The notes: generated by a model not told the origin, from the sequence alone. DNA of 64,000 nucleotides from Candidatus Bathyarchaeota archaeon (GCA_963811105.1 CAWEPZ010000011.1:832001-896000), one strand, 5' to 3'; positions 39,485 through 49,478 are shown, counted from the first letter of the stretch. Translations and numbers: made by a program.

Positions 39485-40345
39485 TCAAGCCATCCTTTTT
39501 CTTTGAAATACAACAACTCAACCACGCCGATGGCAAACATAAATCCTATAACGATTACAAATCCCTGCGGATCTTGTGTTGACAGGTAACCCTCCTACAT
39601 TCATACCCAACAAACTCGCTCTAAGGCTAAAAGGCAATGTAATGGCCGAGACAATAGTTAGTATTCGCAGCCGTTTTTCAACCTGAGAGCCACCTACTGT
39701 CTGATAAGAATCGTATAATGCATTCACGCTGGTTTCTAAGCGATGGATACCGCCTTGCACAATCTCGAGTTCTGAGACCAAACCTAAAACATACGCCTTG
39801 CGATGAGGTTCTTGCAGCGCATTATTGTCAGAGGAATTAAGACCGATGACGCAATAGAGCTGGTTTTCTATTAAGAAAACCAGCTTGTCAACCTGCCAGC
39901 GCGAATTCGTCAGATCTGTGATGTTGAAATTGTTCGGATTATCGACTAGGGCTTTAATAACTTTCAACGTTTTGTCACGGATTTCTGTTTCTGCTTGGAT
40001 GCTCAGCTCCGTGAGTTCATCGATCACTAAATAAACAATCTGAATCAGATGACTCAAACTGGGCATTTTCTCTGCCGCCAAAGCATTTATGAATTATTCT
40101 ATGGCAGGAATTGGGCCGCGTCTAATAGCTACTAAAACTGGGCTATGAAGTACTATTGTGAGACGAGAAGGATCTGATGTACTCTGATTAAGGGCTGTGG
40201 GAAACTCTAGCAGAACAGCTCGATCATAAGATAGTACTCCTGGCATTTTAACTGAGTAATGGCCCAGCGATTTATCATTACAGGATGAAGATCTAAAGGT
40301 GAAAGAAAACTGCGGAGTTCTTCAGGTGTTGCTTCTTCGACCACA
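39485..40345 (-). pseudogene. corA: CorA-family Mg2+ transporter, disrupted
   Basis: EKRLRILTIVSAITLP..LLGMN motif; upstream LDLHP-type N-terminal sequence with a stop (40096-40094) and frameshift(s); the last TM (GFVIVIGFMFAIG..YFKEKG) is in another frame. Confidence 0.75.
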
Positions 40346-40385
40346 TTTTTGAAAATACTCCGAATTTTTCTGGGGAGCGCTTTCT

Positions 40386-40898
40386 TTATGGGACAAATTG
40401 ACAGATGGTTTGCTTTAGTGTGATAAGCACTTGTTCTATTTTCTCAATTTCAGTAATAGCCTGTTTATATTGGGTTATTTCAGTTGGGATGTTCACTACA
40501 AAAGTATGACTTGCTTCGCGCCATGGGAACTGAAGAACGCCTCTTGTCTTCTTGACTCCACACTTCAATCCGATGCTTAGATTGTCATTGTCCAATTTGA
40601 GTATAGGTTTATGTACGCTAAACCACCATCCGGGGCTGCTACCGACACTCTCAGGTCCATACAAAAAGGAATCACTTGGCCAAATTGATGTCACTATGTT
40701 TTCAGGGTTCTGCAGCATCGCTTTTATGTTGGATACTTGTTGTAGCAGCTGTGTGGCACAGTTGCAGAGCTTTTCCGGGGTAAGATCAGTTACAGAGACT
40801 ATGGGGCAAGGGTTTTCAAATCCTGTGTTTCCAGGTAAAGGAACAGGTTTTAGATCTTTTTTTCCGAGTTTCTTTGAAGTTCCGCTCATTGTAACCAC
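40386..40898 (-). CDS. Hypothetical protein
   Basis: 170-aa ORF with plausible composition; no recognised motif. Confidence 0.5.
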   Translation of the reverse strand: MVTMSGTSKKLGKKDLKPVPLPGNTGFENPCPIVSVTDLTPEKLCNCATQLLQQVSNIKAMLQNPENIVTSIWPSDSFLYGPESVGSSPGWWFSVHKPILKLDNDNLSIGLKCGVKKTRGVLQFPWREASHTFVVNIPTEITQYKQAITEIEKIEQVLITLKQTICQFVP

Positions 40899-41237
40899 TT
40901 CTGGATTCTATTCGCTTTATTCAAGTTACAGAAATAGGGATAGAAGCAAACAAAAAATTTTGCTGTTGCATCAAAGCTACTACATTCCTGAAAGCCTCAA
41001 GAAATGTTACTTTCAGCATAATCGATTTTGACAATACCTAAAACATACCTATATTCAAAATGAGTAAAGTGGCATAAACTATCCATCGTTTTCATAGTAT
41101 TCAATCGATATATAAATTCTTGCAGAAGACACTTGTTAAGTCTTTGAAATAATGTCCAAGGCTCTTATCTATAATAGTGCCGGCGGTACTCTTTGTTGAA
41201 GAGAATGAAATGGTAGTTGGAAAAGGGAGAAGCTAAA

Positions 41238-42270
41238 ATGAAAGTTGCAATATTGAGCGGTGGGGGAGATGCACCTGGGATTAACGCCGTCTTGAGAGCT
41301 ATCGTTAGAAAGGCAATTCAAGATTACGGATATGAAACGGTAGGCATCAAAGATGGTTGGAAAGGATTAGTTGAAGGTGAATTCGTACCGTTAGATTTGA
41401 GGGTCTCTTGTAGGTTTGCTCGCTAAGGGAGGTTCCATACTAGGTACGTCGAGGACTAATCCATTCAAGAGCAAAGATGGAGCGGAGTGCATACTGAGAA
41501 ACGTTTCGGAACACGGTATAGGAGCGGTCATCGCAATAGGCGGAGAGGATACGCTTGGCGTAGCTTGCAAATTATACGAAATGGGGCTTCCCGTGGTCGG
41601 AGTCCCCAAAACGATTGATAACGACCTGGTTGGCACTGACTACACCTTTGGTTACCAAACGGCAGTTGCAATTGCTTGTGAAGCACTTGACAGGCTTCAT
41701 ACAACGGCAGAATCGCATCATAGGGTATTAATCCTTGAAGTTATGGGGAGATACACAGGTTGGATCGCCTTGGAGGCTGGGATTGCCGGGGGGGCAGATA
41801 TGATCCTGATTCCTGAGAAACCTTTTGATGTCGAAGAAGTCTGCGAATGCATCAGGAAGAGGCAAAACCGCGGTCGAAATTTCAGCATAATCGTCGCCGC
41901 GGAGGGTGCCAAACCAAAAGGAGGCGAAGAGATCGTTTATAGCAGTGGTGTAGATGAGTTTGGCCACGCAAGATTTGGTGGGGTTGGCTATTATATAGGA
42001 AAAGAAATTGAGAAGAGATTTGAAAACATTGAAACTAGGGCAGTGGTTCTGGGGCATCTTCAAAGAGGCGGCTCACCGAACTCATATGATAGAGTTTTAG
42101 CTACTCGATTTGGAATCGCAGCTATTGAATTAATACATGAAGATAAATTCGGCCAGATGGTTGCCATCCAAGGAAACACCATGGTCTCCGTGCCTTTGAA
42201 GGACGTTATCGGCAAGCGAAAAACAGTTGATTCACAGCTCTACGAAATAGCAGCAACCTTCTTCGGCTAG
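41238..42270 (+). pseudogene. pfkA: 6-phosphofructokinase (PfkA superfamily, PPi-type signature), frameshifted near 41410
   Basis: LSGGGDAPGINA, then in the next frame GGSILGTSR, GGEDT, PKTIDND, EVMGR, LGHLQRGG. Confidence 0.9.
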
Positions 42271-42864
42271 GCGATTCATGCCGCGTAGGCTAAGTGACCG
42301 CTATACTTTACCGAAGGTAAACGTCCCAATTGGGAAAAGAAGCCGCAAAAGACCCTGAAATCAAAATGCTCAAAGGCTTCTGTGATCAAATCAAGCAACT
42401 TACAGTAGCTGGAAAAGTCAGTGTGCTCGATTGAAACATCAGTAAAAAAGCTATAATAATGTATAAAATACCCCTTATTTGGTGAATTAACTGTGGAAAA
42501 AATGTCTTAACTGTACAAGTTTGCGTGCAATAGCCAAAATTTCAACTCTATCTCTAATCAAGAAATGTAAACTTCGCACACCTTTCAGGTCATCAGCAAA
42601 TCTGTAGACTTCAACAAGTACCCTTTTTATCGAGTCAGGATGCATTTGAAAACCGCCACACACCATTCACTTGATGTCGCCATTAACATTGACGATTAAG
42701 CAGTATTTATTTGCGCGCAAATAAACAAATGCTTCAATCTGAAAATCTAGTTTCCTACCTGAAAAACGGCCAAACATGTAACAAAGAACTGTCGTTCGAA
42801 ATCGCAATTAGACCGAGAAGTTCCAGATAAAATGTCTTAGCGCGTTCGCGTATCTTAAAGAAGT

Positions 42865-43317
42865 TTAAAGATTGGGTGGATTTTTCCTAAGTGATTCACG
42901 CATTTCTCTTATAGTCTCTTTATTATTTTCGGCTTTCACATTTTCCTTTTCGTTTTGCTCGCTTACTTCTTTATTGTGTTGGTCAACTCGATTATTGACC
43001 GTTTCTACTAACTGCATAACTAATTTAATGTCTTCTTGTAGTTTTTTTGGATTAGTAATAATTGAAATTGTATCCCCCTGCAAATTGTTCGAATAATTAG
43101 ATTCAACCATCGGGAAAGAATCTTTTTGTTTTTTTATTATTGCCAATGGTTGAGCAGTTTTTTTCAATTCCTTTTCAAAGATCTCTTGCCAATCCTCTTG
43201 CGGAGCTCTATCTAAAGGCAATTCAACAAAAAAGGTATCTTCTGTTGTAGATAGCTTTGTTATTTTCAACGTTTCGGAGTCAATTGCTTTAAGATTCGTC
43301 TTTTCTATGATGTTCAA
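42865..43317 (-). CDS. Hypothetical protein with C-terminal coiled coil
   Basis: 150-aa ORF with a charged helical C-terminus; GAGGA RBS. Confidence 0.6.
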   Translation of the reverse strand: MNIIEKTNLKAIDSETLKITKLSTTEDTFFVELPLDRAPQEDWQEIFEKELKKTAQPLAIIKKQKDSFPMVESNYSNNLQGDTISIITNPKKLQEDIKLVMQLVETVNNRVDQHNKEVSEQNEKENVKAENNKETIREMRESLRKNPPNL

Positions 43318-43353
43318 GATGGTTAGTCCTCGAGCATATGAACTTGAATTTGC

Positions 43354-43662
43354 TTATTTTAGCAGTTTTATGCTTTCTTCCAGACTCATTGCTAGCTTGA
43401 TTTCGCTGGTGTTCCAAGCCATCCATTTTAGCAAGACTGGTTCCATAGAGAATTTCTGGAGGCTTTCTGAACTTGGGGCTTCATAAACCCAAACAGTAAG
43501 ATGCTCAGGAATAACAGTCCAGACTCCGATTCTTTTGATGCCGTGCTTCTTTTCCAAATCACCCAATTTTTCCGGCAACTCTAGCGTTATTATTTTCATT
43601 TTCTCATTATTTAAAGGACAGTTCTCAGGAGAATGCCTGGAAATAATCAAAAACGTGGGCAT
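43354..43662 (-). CDS. Small GYD/DUF3303-like alpha+beta barrel protein
   Basis: HSPENCP, EH..WVYEAPS pattern; own promoter GAAAGCTTATATG about 40 nt upstream. Confidence 0.65.
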   Translation of the reverse strand: MPTFLIISRHSPENCPLNNEKMKIITLELPEKLGDLEKKHGIKRIGVWTVIPEHLTVWVYEAPSSESLQKFSMEPVLLKWMAWNTSEIKLAMSLEESIKLLK

Positions 43663-43726
43663 AAAAATTCTTCCATTTAAAGGTTAACCGAAAGTAACAT
43701 ATAAGCTTTCAATTTAGGGACAAACC

Positions 43727-43856
43727 AACGCGGGAAGGGAACTAGGGTTGCTCCCGAGCACCCGGTCAACGGCCTTGCGTTTCGACGTCACCCACCTGGT
43801 CGAGTCGAGGCACCACCTATCCACAGCACATCTTGCTCAGCAAATGCCCGGCGTCC
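43727..43856 (-). ncRNA. Candidate structured non-coding RNA (~130 nt), unidentified
   Basis: About 63% GC island (hand count) in an AT-rich background; closing stem GACGC.GGG/CCC.GCGUU plus three hairpins; TATA-like CTTTTATG about 22 nt upstream on the minus strand. Confidence 0.55.
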
Positions 43857-43912
43857 AGACACACGCGATTAGGTAAACATAAAAGCGCAGATGTTTTGGA
43901 GTTACTAGCGGG

Positions 43913-44186
43913 ATGAGTATGTTGACAAAAGTTCAAGTCAGGCAAATGGGAACCAGATCCTAGAACAGAACCTGCACCTAGAACAGAACCAGAACCCCGA
44001 AGCGAACCAGCTCCTAGAACGGAACCGGCCGCCAGAACAGAACCAGCAGCGAGAACGGAACCGGTGAACAATAAGATACAAACAGTCAAGTGTCCTTCTT
44101 GCGGTTATCTTTTGGTATATTCCAAAGGAACTGAGAAGCAGAGCATCAGATGCACAAAATGCGGAAACGTCTTCCAAGTAGAGTAG
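43913..44186 (+). CDS. Zinc-ribbon protein with EPAPRT hexapeptide repeats (apparent +1 frameshift at AAAA 43927-43930)
   Basis: MSMLTK/FKSGKWEPDPRTEPAPRTEPEPRSEPAPRTEPAARTEPAARTEPVNNKIQTVKCPSCGYLLVYSKGTEKQSIRCTKCGNVFQVE*. Absent from the ORF track because the main frame lacks a start. Confidence 0.65.
43950..44063 (+). repeat. 18-bp coding tandem repeat x6
   Basis: GAACCnGnnnCnAGAACn-type units with third-position variation, consistent with + strand coding. Confidence 0.85.
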
Positions 44187-44203
44187 AATCCATTCAGTTT
44201 TTT

Positions 44204-46489
44204 CTATTTGCCTGTTTTTTGACTTATTTTGCTCAAAAGTCTTTTCAGGATTATGCTTGCTGCTTTTTTATCAAGGGGTTTGTTTTCGTTTCCGCATTTA
44301 GGTGAATAGATGCATGAGGGGCAACCGTCTTTGCACTCACAATTATCAATCAACTGCAGAGTTTTTTCCCAAAGCGGTTTTATGTTTTTGTAGAGGGTTT
44401 CTGATATTCCTATTCCACCCTCAAAGCCATCGTAAATGAAAATTGTTGGGTTCCCAGTGTCTGGATGTAGAGGTGTTGATAAGCCTCCGATGTCCCACCG
44501 GTCACACATCGCAAATATCGGCGACATTGCAATCATCGCATGTTCCACGGCGTGAATTCCTCCGTCAAAATCAAGCCCTCCATCTTGGATTTCTTTTCTG
44601 ATTTCCTCTGGAATAATGAACCACATTCCAACAGTTGAAAAGGATAACGGGGGAAGGTTGAGCGGTTTTCTCTCTATAACTTCATCGTATGATTTGGTAA
44701 TGTAGGTGTGGTAAAATTCTGTTGTAGCTAATTCGCCAAGCCCAACTTGGATGCCTATTTGTTTTTCTTCTATGGTTTTCTTTATGGCGACGTCGACGGT
44801 TTTTAGTGCTTCAGTGTAGTAGTTGACGTTTTCTTGTGTGACTCTGGCGGTTAATTTGTTGATGTCTAATTCTTCGGAAATGTATGTTTCGCCTTGGTGT
44901 AGTAGGACTGCGCCTGCGTGAGCTTCTTCGTAGGCTTTGTTTAGGGTGAGGGTTTCGAGTATGTTTCCGTTGCAGGTGACCGTGACGGTTTTGTCGGAGA
45001 TGCTCTCTAAAGCTACAACTTCGCTGGGTCTTGCGGTTCCGGAGTACACGTAACCTCTCGGTGTTTTGCGGAGTAGGTTTTGCTGTTCAAGAGCTTGAAT
45101 GCTCTCCTGGAATAGTTCCGGGAAATATTTTTTGTCGGTTTCTGTTAATGGCAGTTCGCTTGCTGCACACATAATGTGTCCTACAGAGATGTAGCGGTTA
45201 TGCAGGTCGATTATCGCTTGTTCATGTGGTCTGCCGAAGAAGTCTTGGGGGTGTTTCATGAAGTATTGGTCGAGAGGGTTTTGAAAAGCAACTAATGTTG
45301 CAATTGAATCTGCGTTGGTTCTGCCTGCTCTTCCTGCTTGTTGCCAAGTTGATATTACTGTTCCAGGGTAACCAGAAATAATCACAGAATCCAACGAGCC
45401 AATATCGATTCCCAGTTCAAGCGCGTTAGTTGAAACAACTCCGATTAAGTTTTTAGTTTTTAACCGATTTTCTATCTCCCGGCGTTCTTGAGGTAGATAT
45501 CCTGCTCTATATGCGGTAACTGAGTTGGCTAGTTTTGGTGATCTTTTTTTTAGTTCTTCTTTTGTCCATCTTGTTATGAGTTCAGCCATTTGTCTTGAAG
45601 TGGTGAAGCAGAGTGTTTGCAGGTTTCTTGTGATGCTAATGGTTAGGAGGTCTTTTGTTTCTTGATGGGTAGATCTGCGAGTGGTATTGGTACTATCGAT
45701 GAATGGAGGGTTCCAGAACATGAATGATTTTTTTCCTCTTGGAGCACCGTCATTTGAGATTACTTCGAAGTCTTTTCCTGTTAGTTTTTTTGCGTGTTCT
45801 TCTGGGTTTGCGATGGTGGCTGATGAAAGGATGATGTGTGGGTCTGCATGGTAGTAGTTGCATAATCTCATGAGGCGTCTTAGGAGCATAGCTACGTTTG
45901 AGCCAAATACGCCGCGGTAAACGTGGGCTTCATCGATTATGATGAATTTGAGGTTTGCGAGGAAGCTTCGCCATTTGTAGTGCCAAGGAAGGTATTGGTG
46001 AAGTCCATAGGGGTTGCTTAAAATGATTTTACTGTTTTCTCGTATGCTTGCCCGCTGATGTTGAGGTGTGTCGCCGTCGTAGACGTTTGGGTAGGCTTGG
46101 ATTCCTGTTTCTTTTTCAAGCTCTCTAAGAACTTTTAGCTGATCGTTTGTTAATGCTTTAGTTGGATAAAGGTACAGTGCTGTTGCTTTGAGGTCTTTTG
46201 TAAGGGCTTCGAGAACCGGAATGTTGAAGGCTAGGGTTTTTCCTGAAGCGGTCGGAGTAACAATAACCACGTTTTTGCCTTGTCTGATTTTGTTTATTGC
46301 TTCAGCCTGGTGTGAGTATAGATGGATACCTCTAGTTAGTAGGCAATTTTGGATGTTTTCAGGTAGGGATTTTTCGAGTTCACCAAAGCGAGCTTCTTGC
46401 GGTGGAATTTGTTGTATGTGCACGATTTGTTTTTTGTATGATTGCATATGCTTTATGCTTTGGATGAAGTCGTCTATCAAAGTGTCCAT
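44204..46489 (-). CDS. DEAD/DEAH-box helicase with DUF1998 (MrfA/YprA/Hrq1 family)
   Basis: TPTASGKT, YPTKAL, DEAH, SATIAN, TNALELGIDIG, QQAGRAGR, IYDGFEGGIG, CECKDGCPSC. Confidence 0.95.
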   Translation of the reverse strand: MDTLIDDFIQSIKHMQSYKKQIVHIQQIPPQEARFGELEKSLPENIQNCLLTRGIHLYSHQAEAINKIRQGKNVVIVTPTASGKTLAFNIPVLEALTKDLKATALYLYPTKALTNDQLKVLRELEKETGIQAYPNVYDGDTPQHQRASIRENSKIILSNPYGLHQYLPWHYKWRSFLANLKFIIIDEAHVYRGVFGSNVAMLLRRLMRLCNYYHADPHIILSSATIANPEEHAKKLTGKDFEVISNDGAPRGKKSFMFWNPPFIDSTNTTRRSTHQETKDLLTISITRNLQTLCFTTSRQMAELITRWTKEELKKRSPKLANSVTAYRAGYLPQERREIENRLKTKNLIGVVSTNALELGIDIGSLDSVIISGYPGTVISTWQQAGRAGRTNADSIATLVAFQNPLDQYFMKHPQDFFGRPHEQAIIDLHNRYISVGHIMCAASELPLTETDKKYFPELFQESIQALEQQNLLRKTPRGYVYSGTARPSEVVALESISDKTVTVTCNGNILETLTLNKAYEEAHAGAVLLHQGETYISEELDINKLTARVTQENVNYYTEALKTVDVAIKKTIEEKQIGIQVGLGELATTEFYHTYITKSYDEVIERKPLNLPPLSFSTVGMWFIIPEEIRKEIQDGGLDFDGGIHAVEHAMIAMSPIFAMCDRWDIGGLSTPLHPDTGNPTIFIYDGFEGGIGISETLYKNIKPLWEKTLQLIDNCECKDGCPSCIYSPKCGNENKPLDKKAASIILKRLLSKISQKTGK

Positions 46490-47775
46490 TCCTCATAAAG
46501 TTTGGAAAAAAGCGTCCCAAGTGTTAGTAAGTCTTGTTTGTTGTGTTCAATGATTGCTACGAGTGGGCCTGCATTTTTGGTTCTTAGATAGGTGTCGTAG
46601 AAGTGGGGAACCAAGGCTCCTGGAATGTTGATGTCTCTTTTTATTCCGATGTATTTTTCCACGGTTTCTAGTTTGCAGTCGGAGAGTTTGTGTCGTAAAG
46701 CCCTCCTGGTGAAGTGAAGTATGTCAAAATGTGTGTTGTCAAGTGAGGCGTCTAATCCATAGTAAGCTAGTCTTTGCTTAATGTATGGGATGTCGAAACT
46801 TCTGCCGTTATAAGTTATGAGTGATAAGTTGGGTTCAAGTTGTGAAATAAGAGCCCAGATGGCGCTTGGTTCATCTTGGATATCTCTTAATAAAAATTGG
46901 CTTGTACAAACATGAGTTTTTGTTGGTTTGGCTATTCCCAGCAGAATTATGGGTCGCTCTGAGAGACCTAGAGTTTCAATGTCAACTATTGCGAAGTCTT
47001 GATCTTGGCAGAATCCAGCTAAATAATGAAGTAGCGGGTGGGATTTTGGAAGGCGTTGCCATAGCCATTTTTGAATTTGAATGATTTCTTTTTTGTTTAT
47101 TATTTTCATGAAGTCGTGGGCTTGTTTTTTCCAAAGGGGATGATTTTCGAGTTCTTCTATGGTTTTGTAGCCCTGTTGTTTTAGGGTTTGTTCCCGTGCA
47201 GGTCCAATGCCGGGAAGAACTTTGAGGTCTGAAATTATTAGTTGTCTGCTTTCTTGGTAAGTTGCTTTTTTGAAATTAGAAGTGCATGAAGCTGAGATGG
47301 AGTAGCATTCTCCCTGTTGATTTGAAACGACCTCTCCAGCTATTGCCTCTTCAAGAGCTTTGCCTTCGTATTGTTTTATGAGTTTCTTTTCAAGTCTTAG
47401 GGCTTCATCGTATTCGCTGCTCCAAATCCAACTTTCAACCGCCGATTCCTTTGGTTTTTCCGTGGCTTTTTCTGTTTCAGAAATTACCTCATACTCTTTT
47501 GAAATAGCTATCCTTTGTCTGAGACTTTCAGCTGCCCGGGTTAGAGCGATTTTTTCTTTCAAAGAACCATCAGGGTTAGATGACGCGGCTTGATTGCCAA
47601 AACCTCTTTGAGCTAACCTTTGAGCATAACGTTCATCTCGAAAATTTCGCAGCAGAAAAGAACCACAAACCCTGCAAAATCTGCTCTGCTCATACTCTTG
47701 GTTTGAATAAGTTTTGCTGCATTTTCTACAGACGTATTCTATTGGCAATTTATGTTCTGCCTTACATCTATACAA
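46477..47775 (-). CDS. YprB/MrfB-like RNase H-like (DEDD) exonuclease with N-terminal Zn ribbon and HhH
   Basis: DIETLG, TYNGRSFDIPY, HFDIL, HNKQDL; CRKC..CRVC; LPGIGP. Overlaps the helicase start. Confidence 0.9.
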   Translation of the reverse strand: MYRCKAEHKLPIEYVCRKCSKTYSNQEYEQSRFCRVCGSFLLRNFRDERYAQRLAQRGFGNQAASSNPDGSLKEKIALTRAAESLRQRIAISKEYEVISETEKATEKPKESAVESWIWSSEYDEALRLEKKLIKQYEGKALEEAIAGEVVSNQQGECYSISASCTSNFKKATYQESRQLIISDLKVLPGIGPAREQTLKQQGYKTIEELENHPLWKKQAHDFMKIINKKEIIQIQKWLWQRLPKSHPLLHYLAGFCQDQDFAIVDIETLGLSERPIILLGIAKPTKTHVCTSQFLLRDIQDEPSAIWALISQLEPNLSLITYNGRSFDIPYIKQRLAYYGLDASLDNTHFDILHFTRRALRHKLSDCKLETVEKYIGIKRDINIPGALVPHFYDTYLRTKNAGPLVAIIEHNKQDLLTLGTLFSKLYEEWTL

Positions 47776-47850
47776 TGATTATAAAAGTCATTCTTTTATT
47801 TGCCCAAAAGCAAATTACAAAAGTATCCAGCTGTTGATATTTCATTTCAG

Positions 47851-47950
47851 CAAATTTAGTTCTTTGTGCTTTGGGCTGTTTTTTGGTTCGGGCTTGATTT
47901 GTTTTCAGGTTGAGTCACTACAAGTCACCAAAAGTCACTGTAAGTCACAA
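47851..47950 (+). repeat. Dispersed intergenic element copy D with AGTCAC x4 10-bp array
   Basis: caaatttagttctttgtgctttggg.. tract, CAGGTTG at 47906-47912, AGTCAC at 47913, 47923, 47933 and 47943. Confidence 0.75.
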
Positions 47951-48248
47951 TTCATCAAAAATCAAACTATGTTGAAAACATCAAAAAGTTGAGAGAACGC
48001 CAAGATTTCATTTAGGTTCGTATTTGTATTTTTCGCGCAGTAGTCGTCTATTAGTCAACAAACCAACTATGCTCTCGCCTTTGAGACAACCGGTCAGCCT
48101 AACATGATTGTGCTGCATAATTTCATGGGTTTAGGGAAATATTATTGATAAATGGCAGCGATAGGCAATGCTTTTAAGAGTTCTTCGGTTAATTGCAAAT
48201 TGATACGATAATTAGAAGTCTAATAGTTCATCCATTGAGGGGTTTGAA

Positions 48249-49478
48249 ATGCAATATAGAACAGTACCTAAAAATGGCGATAAGTTATCTGCTCTTGGAT
48301 TTGGCACAATGCGATTACCACTAAAGGGAGAAAACGTAGATGAAGAACGAGCCATAAACCAAATCCGCTTCGCCATTGACAACGGCGTAAACTACGTTGA
48401 CTCAGCTCCACCTTATCATGGTGGCGAGAGCGAGAAAGTGCTTGGAAAAGCGTTACTCGGCGGCTTCAGAGAAAAAGTGAAGATCGCCACCAAACTTACG
48501 CCTTTTCTGCTTGGCAAAGCTGAAGACATGGATAAAATGCTTAGCTTACAGCTGAAAAAACTTCAGACAGACCATATAGACTATTACCTTCTTCATGGGC
48601 TCGAAGAAGAATCTTGGAAAAAACTGCTTGGTTTTGGCGTTTTTGAATTTTTAGAAAAAGCAAAAGCTGATGGAAAGATTGTCAACTTTGGTTTTTCGTT
48701 TCATGGTTCACTTGAAACTTTCAAAGAGATTGTTGACGCCTATGATTGGGTGATGTGCCAAATACTCTATAATTTTTTGGACAAGAAATTGCAAGCTGGA
48801 ACCAAGGGGTTGAAGTATGCTGCTTCCAAGAATCTTGCAGTTATGATTATGGAGCCACTCAGAGGGGGAACTTTAGCTGAAAAGCTTCCAGATAAAGTAA
48901 AGCAGTTTTATGACACCGCTGAGATTCAAAGGTCTCCGGCTGAGTGGGGTCTTCGTTGGGTTTGGAATCACCCCCAAGTAACATTAGCTCTTTCTGGAAT
49001 GAACGACGAAAAGCACGTTATTGAAAACATAAAGGCTGCTGAGAGTGCGTTACCCCGCTCAATGAAACGTGGTGAACTTGCTGTTATCAAGAACGTGGCT
49101 GAATCTTTTAGGAGTCTGATGAAGGTTCCCTGCACAGGCTGCCAGTATTGTATGCCTTGTCCTTATGGAGTCAACATACCCAGCAACTTCAGAATCTACA
49201 ATGATTACTACATGTTTGGTGACGAACAAGAATCACGTGCAATTTACGCCATGATGTTACTGGGTGGCCTAACAGGTAAACGGTCTGACGCTTCATTATG
49301 TAAAGAATGCAAAAAATGTATTGCGCGTTGTCCACAGCATATTGAAATTCCTCAGGAGCTTAAGTCAGTGTTAAATGATTTGGGTGGCCCTAAAACTGAG
49401 GAAATTTTTGCGATGCGAAAAAGCGGGTATCCAAAAGAAGTTGCGAAAACCGCATCAACATCAAAAAAGCGGATCTAA
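48249..49478 (+). CDS. Aldo/keto reductase with C-terminal 4Fe-4S dicluster domain
   Basis: LGFGTMRLP, GVNYVDSA..YHGGESE, TDHIDYYLLH, MEPLRGG, CTGCQYCMPCP, CKECKKCIARCP. Confidence 0.93.
   Translation: MQYRTVPKNGDKLSALGFGTMRLPLKGENVDEERAINQIRFAIDNGVNYVDSAPPYHGGESEKVLGKALLGGFREKVKIATKLTPFLLGKAEDMDKMLSLQLKKLQTDHIDYYLLHGLEEESWKKLLGFGVFEFLEKAKADGKIVNFGFSFHGSLETFKEIVDAYDWVMCQILYNFLDKKLQAGTKGLKYAASKNLAVMIMEPLRGGTLAEKLPDKVKQFYDTAEIQRSPAEWGLRWVWNHPQVTLALSGMNDEKHVIENIKAAESALPRSMKRGELAVIKNVAESFRSLMKVPCTGCQYCMPCPYGVNIPSNFRIYNDYYMFGDEQESRAIYAMMLLGGLTGKRSDASLCKECKKCIARCPQHIEIPQELKSVLNDLGGPKTEEIFAMRKSGYPKEVAKTASTSKKRI

Noticed and set aside
42290-42700. Protein-like fragments on both strands (e.g. EWCVAVFKC..VRSLHFLIRDR)
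   Set aside because: Probably gene remnants, but they are interrupted and cannot be assigned to a family from sequence alone.
43727-43856. tRNA, 5S rRNA, TPP riboswitch or hammerhead identity for the GC-rich island
   Set aside because: No TTCRA T-loop or 7-bp acceptor stem, no 5S loop C motif, GCUGAG lacks the rest of the TPP core, and CUGAGCA/GAAA does not fit CUGANGA spacing.
43817-44177. Minus-strand ORFs with GSVLGA / RFCSR repeats
   Set aside because: The + strand frame gives third-position variation and ends in a CxxC..CxxC ribbon; the minus ORFs are shadows.
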